NCBI GenBank assembly: GCA_964016885.1
Contig: OZ024742.1
Coordinates: 42,160,001-42,224,000 of the forward strand
DNA: 64,000 nt
Direction: 5' to 3'
Source of the DNA: Eledone cirrhosa
Lineage: Eukaryota
The first letter of the stretch is position 1, and each line of letters opens with the position of its first letter. Below the pieces are notes generated by a model. The model was not told the DNA's origin. It saw only the letters and a list, made by a program, of their open reading frames with translations, and ran no database searches. Below are positions 56,082 through 64,000 of the stretch, one piece after another. Made by a program: the position numbers and the translations under genes.

Positions 56082-56331
56082 TTAACCCTTTAGCATTTAA
56101 ACCGGCCATATCCGGCCAGAATTCTCTCACCTCTTTTTGTTCAAACCGGCCATAACCGACCAGAATTCTCTCACCTCTTTCTGTTCAAACCGGCCACTTA
56201 TACCACCGTTAAAGTATTGTTTTCAAAATAAATAATAACATCATCAAAACCTCATAGATTCGATATTATGTGAGATAAAGCCTTTACTGCAAAAATATGA
56301 TAGTAGAGTAATGTAAATGTGAAAGGATTAA
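56082..56331 (+). mobile_element. piggyBac-like MITE family A with an internal tandem duplication
   Basis: TTAA ends; ccagaattctctcacctcttt..gttcaaaccggcc occurs twice. Confidence 0.8.
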
Positions 56332-56814
56332 TAGGCCTTCATTTACTGATAGCTAAGTCTTATAGCATAGCAATGATTTTGTTTTATTTATTTTTCTTTT
56401 TTTTTTCTTTTTTTTTTTCTTTTATTTCAAAGATACCAAGAAGTAATTTTAAATGAAATGGGTCAACCAACTTATCCAAACGAACAACAGCTTAATAATA
56501 CCTACTAAATTATGAATGTGTGTGTGCTCAGCATTTCTTTAAGCTTACAGAGGCACTTACATTGTTATGGCAGCATGTCATATAGAGAAGAATCAGAAAC
56601 ATTTAAATAACACGTGTGAAGATCTTATCAATAACAATAACAAGAAATGCATTGCATTCTTGTTATACTCCAAATTTAGTGAAATAGTTTGAATGATGCT
56701 TAATAGTATACGTATGTTTGTGCGTGTGTGTGTGTATTTATATATATATATATATCCAGGGAGTGTAACGTGAAGTTACTGTAGGTTCACTCAGTATATA
56801 TATATATATATATA

Positions 56815-57003
56815 TCATCATCATCATCATTTTACGTCCGCTTTTCCCTGCTTTTAAGGGTGGGACGGGAACTGATTCTGGCTTGATTTCTACAGCTGGA
56901 TGCCCTTCCTAACACCAATCTCATTTACAGTGAGTGCTGGGTGCTTTTTTTCCATGGCGCCTACACGTCCACTTTACAGTGTGGGCTGGGTGCTTTTTTT
57001 TGC
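56815..57003 (-). mobile_element. RTE 3' UTR copy
   Basis: Reverse complement of ~52005-52130 plus (cat)n. Confidence 0.85.
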
Positions 57004-57151
57004 AGTGGAATGGGGTCCCTATCATCTCATTTCTACAGCTGAGTAAACTGGAGCAATGTGAAATAAAGTGTCTTGCTCAAGGAAACAACACATCACCCGG
57101 TTTGAGAATTGAATTCACAACCTTTCGATTCCAAGGCCAATGCTCTAACCA

Positions 57152-57197
<46 letters not shown>

Positions 57198-57199
57198 GA

Positions 57200-57365
57200 A
57201 TCGGCTGAGCTCTTTCTGTTTCAACAGCTAGTTCCAAACTAGCTGTTGAAACGGCAAGAGCTCAGCCGTCAGAGTCCTGACTCTTTCATATATTACCACA
57301 CTCTACTACCCCAAGTATTGAGTACTCTGGTGAGTAATGGTCTAACAGGTTTTTACTACATCCAT
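57200..57365. mobile_element. pLTR-like repeat beginning with a ~33-bp-arm hairpin
   Basis: cggctgagctctttctgtttcaacagctagtt / aactagctgttgaaacggcaagagctcagccg; same family as 7375-7510. Confidence 0.6.
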
Positions 57366-57500
57366 TTTGATGTATATATATATATATTTATGTGTGTATG
57401 TCGAGGAATGGGTGTATATCATTGTCATCATCATCACCACCACCATCATCATTTTATATCCACTGTGTTTGTGTTTGTGTGTAGGCATATGTGTTTATGC

Positions 57501-57538
<38 letters not shown>

Positions 57539-57628
57539 TGAGGGTTGAGTGTATACCATCATCATTTTATGACATATTTCTTTTGTGCAAATCTTATTTT
57601 CTAATTAAATTTTCATTTTATATTCTAG

Positions 57629-58573
57629 GCTCAGATATCTGCAGGTATCGGGGATGCTGGTATACAGACCTCTATGAACTTTTCACACCGACGTAAACCA
57701 GCATTTGTCACCCGTGTGAGTAATGAAGATTATGAAATTATGCAAAATAATTTTGATCCTCAAGCAGTACCTGACCAAGATGATGGAAGTTTCTCTTTGA
57801 CAAGTCTAACTTCAGCTCACCATTCCTCACTAATGAAATCAGAACCAAAAGACTTTGATGAATTTGAAGCAATTACTAATGAACTGGAAGCAATTGCTCA
57901 TCCAAATATTAGCCAAGTTATGAGCTCAGAGAATTTAATGGTCCGTCAGGTAGATCCTCTTGATCAAGATGAGAATGACCAGTCAAAATCACTAGAAGAT
58001 TCCCTAGTCATACATCTTGATGGCACAACTCATTCAGATGTACTCCGTGATGTGCATTCCAGTACTGAGCCCGATGTTGGTGTTATGTGTGCAGTGAGTA
58101 CAACAGACATGCACCATGCTCAAGCTGGGGATGACGGTGATAGCATAACAAGTGAAAGTAACAATTCAAACTGTGAGCAAAGCATATCAAGCCGTGCTCC
58201 CAAAAGATCAATTCTTGGTCACCATTCAATTAAAATATCTAAGTCGCTCAATTCCCAAACACATCTAAACAGACACCGATCATTACTGCCCAACAGAACT
58301 ACCACAGTATCAACAAGCTCATCATCCTTTGCACGGATAAACAGTCGAGTGTGTTTAGTGGACTTCTCCACTGAAGAGCTCATCACACATCTAATGTCTC
58401 GTGACGATGTTTATCGGTGTGATTTTTGCTGTTTGCTATTCCAAGATGCAGCAATGTATCATCTTCATCGAAGCATGCATGACAAAATGGACTGTCGCTG
58501 TTGTAATATCTGTGGCAAACTTTCTAAAGACAAGCATGACTTCATTGCTCATTTCCTTACTGAACATAAGTAA
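57629..58573 (+). CDS. Last coding exon of the Ikaros/Hunchback-like gene: acidic linker and C-terminal dimerisation zinc-finger pair
   Basis: Phase-0 acceptor tattctAG|GCT; YRCDFCCLLFQDAAMYHLHRSMH...CNICGKLSKDKHDFIAHFLTEHK* matches the Ikaros-family C-terminal finger pattern. Confidence 0.93.
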   Translation, partial: AQISAGIGDAGIQTSMNFSHRRKPAFVTRVSNEDYEIMQNNFDPQAVPDQDDGSFSLTSLTSAHHSSLMKSEPKDFDEFEAITNELEAIAHPNISQVMSSENLMVRQVDPLDQDENDQSKSLEDSLVIHLDGTTHSDVLRDVHSSTEPDVGVMCAVSTTDMHHAQAGDDGDSITSESNNSNCEQSISSRAPKRSILGHHSIKISKSLNSQTHLNRHRSLLPNRTTTVSTSSSSFARINSRVCLVDFSTEELITHLMSRDDVYRCDFCCLLFQDAAMYHLHRSMHDKMDCRCCNICGKLSKDKHDFIAHFLTEHK

Positions 58574-59368
58574 GAGATCATTTCTATCAATCATTTCTTC
58601 AAGAATGGCACCACCAATCATGTTCAGAACCATTTTTATCTGTATATTTACATTTCCAATAGTTTTTTCAAAGCTAAATATATGATTTCTAAAATTAAAA
58701 CAATACTTTTTTCATATGTTTTCTCTCTTATTTGAAATCTAATAGAATTTTTTTTTATTTTTCTGTCTGTAAATGTAAAGTAGTTTATCTTTATGCAATC
58801 TTTTGCATATGTTATACCTGTATATCTTTGCCTGATTTATTGGTAAAATGTTTGAGTGAATGAGGAAATGGAATGAGTGATAAGTTTTGATCTTACTTCA
58901 GGTGTTTCATTATGCCTTACTGGCCATGTGGGAAAGTTACTTTTGATAGGCTAGTGTTCTATAAAGGGAGAGATGTGTTTCTTATTTGTTTAATGCTAGG
59001 TTAGTGTTCTATACAGGGAGAGATAGGTTTCTTATCTGTTTAATGCTACAAATTGTGTTTAACAAAAGATTAATATGACATATTTGACAGGCAATGTCTA
59101 AATAAGCATGTTTATATTGGTAACAACATATTGTCTAAGAGTAAGGGATTGAAAGTGATAAATCAGAAACTTATCCATCATAAAACTTAACTTCAGTACT
59201 CATAAAATGTGAACAAACAGAGAATTTTTGTTTGTATATATTTTTGTAAATTCATGTGTTCATGCACATACATACATACAGATACACATGCATTCACACA
59301 AACTTCAAATTTAAAAATTACAAATGTCATTAGTCACTTGTCATAACTCAGTTTCTCACTAAAAGCAT

Positions 59369-59609
59369 TTAACCCTTTTGTTACCATATTTCTAAGGAAA
59401 AAAACACTGCCTATGATTTTCAAATAATTTTGAAAATAATCAAGAATTTAATCACTTTCTTATTGTTAAGTTGGTGTTTGAAGCATAACTTAATAAATGT
59501 TCTTACATAGAATAATTATAGAAGGTTTTTAGATAATATGAATACTTTAAAATAAAAAAACAGCTTAGTATATATGGAACTGGGAGTAATTTGGTATCAA
59601 ATGGGTTAA
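59369..59609. mobile_element. piggyBac-like MITE family B
   Basis: TTAA-cccttttgttacca ... tggtatcaaatggg-TTAA. Confidence 0.8.
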
Positions 59610-59708
59610 GCATTAAATTTTTCTTGTTTTAAATGCTTCCTCAACATTTTACATTTCTGTTAGTGATACAAGCACAAAGGAAGATTATGCAAGAATTATT
59701 TTCAAAAT

Positions 59709-59921
59709 TTAACCCTTTAGCATTTAAACCGGTTGTATCTGACCAGAATTCTCTCACCTCTTTCTGTTCAAACTGGCTATAACGGGCCCTTCATACTTAT
59801 GTTAAATAAATAATATCAAAATCTCATAGACTCAATATTATGTGAGATAATTATGTGAGGTAAAGCCTTTACTGTGAAAATAAAATAGTAAATATAGAGT
59901 ATGTAAATGCTAAATGGTTAA
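59709..59921 (+). mobile_element. piggyBac-like MITE family A
   Basis: TTAA-ccctttagcattta ... taaatgctaaatgg-TTAA. Confidence 0.85.
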
Positions 59922-60789
59922 GTGCTATTTTCTTCCTTTCCAACTGAAAATTGTTATGTTCGTGGCATCAGCTAGAGAATCCATCTTATAAAATCTCAAG
60001 AACCAAAAGTGCTGGCTGCCTCAGTCGAAAACAATTCCACTTGTGACTTATAGGACCTCCAAATATGTACAGAAGCTGCAAATCTGTCCTAAAAATTCAC
60101 TATGGCTCATATTGCATAATCATCATCATTTACGTCCGCTTTTCCCTGCTTGCAAGGGTGGGACGGGTCCTATTCAGCACAGCATCTCTCCACTTGTCAC
60201 AGTCAATTGTAATATGTCAATTATATTGTTGGTGACATTTCAATCATAGTTGTCAAAACAAAGAATCTATTTTGAGATAGTTCAGACTTACATTGTCACA
60301 AAGCAAACCCAAAAGTATTATGCTTGTCTTTTTTTTGTTTAGAAATATCAGTGCCACATGATATTCTGATATTCCAACACACCTGTATTGTCTTATTGAC
60401 GGTCATTATATCTATCATGAAAACATATAAAGATAAGGATAAATATTTATTTATTCCTCATGATGATATTATAGTGTAATAAATAAATTGTTTGACATTA
60501 TGTGATCAGAGGTTCCCCTCAATCCTATATTGTCTCCATGGGCAAAGAGAGAAAAAGAAGTTGTGATGTTTATAACTTTTCCAAAGCATAAGCCAAGGAA
60601 ATGAAATTACTACAGCTAGGAATCAAACATAGATCACACTTGGTTTGCTGAGAGCTAACCATTTATGCTACAACACTCGCCATATAAATGTGTGTAGAGT
60701 ATATTACTCTAAGTTTTACAAATAATAAACTCTTTCTTATAAAAACTACTTGTTCACTAGCTCTGCACTAACTATTATTCTCATTCCTC

Positions 60790-60895
60790 CCTCCCCCAGA
60801 ACATCAACCCTCTGGAATTCCCTTTCTGCTCATGTTTTTCCTGTAATTCACGACTTTCAGATGTTTAGGGTAAACATCAACTGCATCGATCACAC
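60790..60895 (+). mobile_element. 3' relic of a Jockey/CR1-group LINE ORF2
   Basis: PRTSTLWNSLSAHVFP...FRVNIN, the typical ORF2 C-terminal WNSL motif. Confidence 0.6.
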
Positions 60896-60974
60896 TGGTT
60901 TCAAAGGGCCTGTGAAAGTTACAAGTACATCACCTTTCTTCTGACTTCTTTTTCTTCTTCTTTGTTCACTTATT

Positions 60975-61228
60975 CCTGTGAGGGTCGTGGGGGCAAATTC
61001 CTCAAGCACGCCTTCCAGCAGGTCTTGTCAGAAGCAACTGTCTTCAAATGATCCAACTGGATCACCAAGCAAGAGTAATCAAGCTAATAAATGTTATCCA
61101 ACCATCTTGCTCAGGGTCCAACCCTGGCTTTCCAACTGGTTGGTTTTGCCCATAAAATCTGTCCAGTAATTCTTTCCTGAGACATTCTAACCACATGTCC
61201 GTAATATCGGAGCTGTGATCTCTCAATG
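60975..61228 (-). mobile_element. RTE-clade LINE 3' fragment, same family as 13700-14240
   Basis: Minus strand IERSQLRYYGHVVRMSQERI. Confidence 0.75.
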
Positions 61229-61619
61229 CTGTTAAATATTCTAAATGACTAAATCACAAATAAATAAATAAGTGTTGCAGTTTGCTTGAAGAATTATGGA
61301 ATATGAGATACAAAGCCAAACTTATTTCCTAGTTGTATATCTCGAGATAGTAAAAGTGCCAAGGTAATAAGAATTTAAGAAAATAAAGAAAAAAGAGTGA
61401 GAACGATAGAAAGTTACCTTAGCAATTTTAATGATCCCAAATATTTTCGGATTTTCCATCCATTATCAAAGGGTGTCTGTAGGGAAGGATCTCAGAGAGA
61501 AACCTGAGAAATGTCATGAGTAGCTTTTCAGGTATTAATATTGTTACAGATATGTTACTAACAATAACCCTTTATCTGACCTCTGAAAATTGCTTTTGTC
61601 AAAGTTTATAAGCAGAAAA

Positions 61620-61815
61620 TAATGGTTTCTAATTTAAACATAATGTTAGCTATTTGGGGGAAGGAGAAAATCAATTAAATAGACTCCAGTATGTGACTGG
61701 TATTATATTTTATCACCTCCTAAGGGATGAAAGACTAAGTCAGTCTCAGCAAGATTTGAACCCAGAACATAAAGCATTTTATCCAAGGCTCTAACAACTC
61801 TGCTACTCCACTGCC
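61620..61815 (-). mobile_element. Diverged tRNA-derived SINE
   Basis: gggatgaaag...gatttgaacccaga. Confidence 0.65.
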
Positions 61816-64000
61816 CAAAGTAGAAAATGGTTGTTGTGAATAAGAATTAAAGCGGTTATATTAATAATAATAGCTATGAAGTTTTAGTATCAGAAAGTAA
61901 TAAAAGTTAGGATAGGTAATTTCTGCCTGCTATTCCATCCCATAAAAATACATTTTCACTCTGCTTATGGTAACTTTCACTGTGATAGGTAATGAAGACC
62001 ACATATCATATTTTATTCATAAGATTATAATATTCATCAGTTTTAAGCATCTGATCTCATTAATTTAGTGTATGCTACCCTCTACTTCTACCGTCTGTGA
62101 AATAAATGTTGCTCAGCCAGTTTTACATGCTTGTAGGAGTGGAATGGGTCTTTTTTTTTCAAATTTGAATATTTTGCATATTATATTGGAGCAACTGTTT
62201 TCATAGATGGTTACCAAAACTGCTACTAACCATTCTAATGTAAAATAGAAGTGGAACTTATTACCAACCAGGCAAACTGAAGTAGAGAGTATATACTTTG
62301 CTTAACCTTCTGGAGGCTCCAGGTGCATTAAGTTGACGATAAAGTAATCTCCCCTTAATACATAATGCAGTATCAAGGGAAGCAATTCATAAAAATTTCT
62401 AGGGTGCTAAAGGTTAAGAGTGCAATACATTTATTTAATAAAGTTTTATATTCTGAATGATGAAACAATTGCTCTGTATGTTCCTTTCTGCAGCAATAAT
62501 AATTTAGTATTTTTAATCTGGTTATTGAGGAGAATTGGGTATAAATCATGGTATATTTCAAATCCTTTCATAATCAAAAAATACAGTCTATTTCAATTAA
62601 TTAAGAAGTTAGAGAAATTTAGAAAAATTATTAATTATTTCATTTGTAAGAAAGTAATGTAACATGGCTCTTATATAAAATTATGTTGGAAGATTTTTAT
62701 TTAATCTTTTAACCCTTTTGTTATCATATTCCTAATAAAAGTTACTGCCTAGGATTTTCAACTAATTTTGAAAATAATCAAGCATTTGGAGGGATTTAGT
62801 AATATAAATCATTATTTATCTGGTTTTTAGAATATAACAAATGTCCTTATATAAAATGATGAAAGAATGTTTAGATAAATACAAACATTTTGAAACGAAT
62901 GGCTTCATATCCTAGAACAAAAGGTAGTATGAGTGGTTTTGTTTCATAGAACAAAAGCCAGTTTTGGCCAGGCTGATAGTAAAAATGGTTAATGAGTTTT
63001 TTGCTTTTTAAACCATTTTGTTACCCTATTTCTACAGTGAAGATAATCAAGAATTTGGATGGGTTTAGTAATGTAACTAACTTCGTGTTTAGAGCATAAT
63101 TTAAGGATTTTTTCATAAAATTTAGATGGAAGATTTTTAGATAAATATAAACACTTTAACCCCTTTTTTTTAAAAATACATCTAATGAAAGACAAATAAT
63201 TTGGAAAATAATCAAGAATTTAGAAGTTAAGGGCTTAAACACTTGCTTGTGTGGGGTTTCTTCTCTGAAAAGCTGCTCTCCAGCTCCCCTGACAGTTTCT
63301 TACCACTAGAAATTATGATGGAAGTTTTTAGATAAATATTAATACTTTAAAACAAAGTTTTGTATCATAAAGCCAAGGCAATATCAAAGGGGTTAAAATT
63401 GACAGTTTTGTATTGTAGAACCATGGTATTAAAAGGGTTAATTGACTAGAGACACAAAGGTTCTCAGGTTAAGATTATTGTTATAGGACTGTTTTCTCAG
63501 ATAAAGTGTTGAAAATCTGGGTATTGTGTGATAGCAGACCACAACCAATGGCCTTTATTAATTTTTTTATTATTATTATTGATCACATTGTTAAATCAAC
63601 CGTTGTTTTGTATCACAAAAATATGGAACCTTCTAAAGTTTGTATCTTTTGTTAAACATAATTCTAATGAAAAACACTGCCTATGATCCTTCAAGTCACT
63701 TGAAATATATAACAAAATATCTGATGGATTTAGTAATATAACAAACTAAATTATTAAGCTGGTGTTTGGAACATAACAAACGTTCTTATATAAAATTATG
63801 ATGGGAGATTTTTAGATAAATATAAACACAACTGACAGTTTTAGAAAGTTTGATATCAAAACAGTTAAAGTGGGTAAAATATTTTTTATCAAGTTACACT
63901 AGATACTTTATAAGTATCTAGTTTGGTACCTTACATTTTTATGGAAAAATCCTTTGATTTCTCAGAGTGATTGATAAATTAAGTACCCATAAATTATTAT

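Overview
AT-rich, repeat-dense animal genomic DNA. The SINE, RTE-LINE and MITE content suggests a cephalopod such as Octopus (inference). The one well-supported protein-coding gene is a + strand Ikaros/Hunchback-type C2H2 zinc-finger gene: coding exons ~44603-45073 and 57629-58573, joined in phase 0 across a 12.5-kb intron. Its probable non-coding 5' exons are ~2170-2438 and 40849-40891. The remainder is transposon debris: four CRE-clade retroelement pieces, a Helitron relic, RTE LINEs (one young, inside a 27-bp satellite), a Buster/Charlie hAT, several MITE families, tRNA-derived SINEs and a 4-kb (TA)n tract. The most interesting observations are (1) at least six hammerhead-ribozyme motifs of the Penelope pLTR type, two of them with intact cores; (2) a first zinc finger that lies behind an in-frame ATG-TGA start-stop with no conventional start; (3) a phase-consistent four-exon antisense micro-gene candidate (87 aa) next to a CRE 3' tail; and (4) a LINE junction that records fold-back self-priming on a palindromic satellite, flanked by a ~1.5-kb duplicated satellite block.
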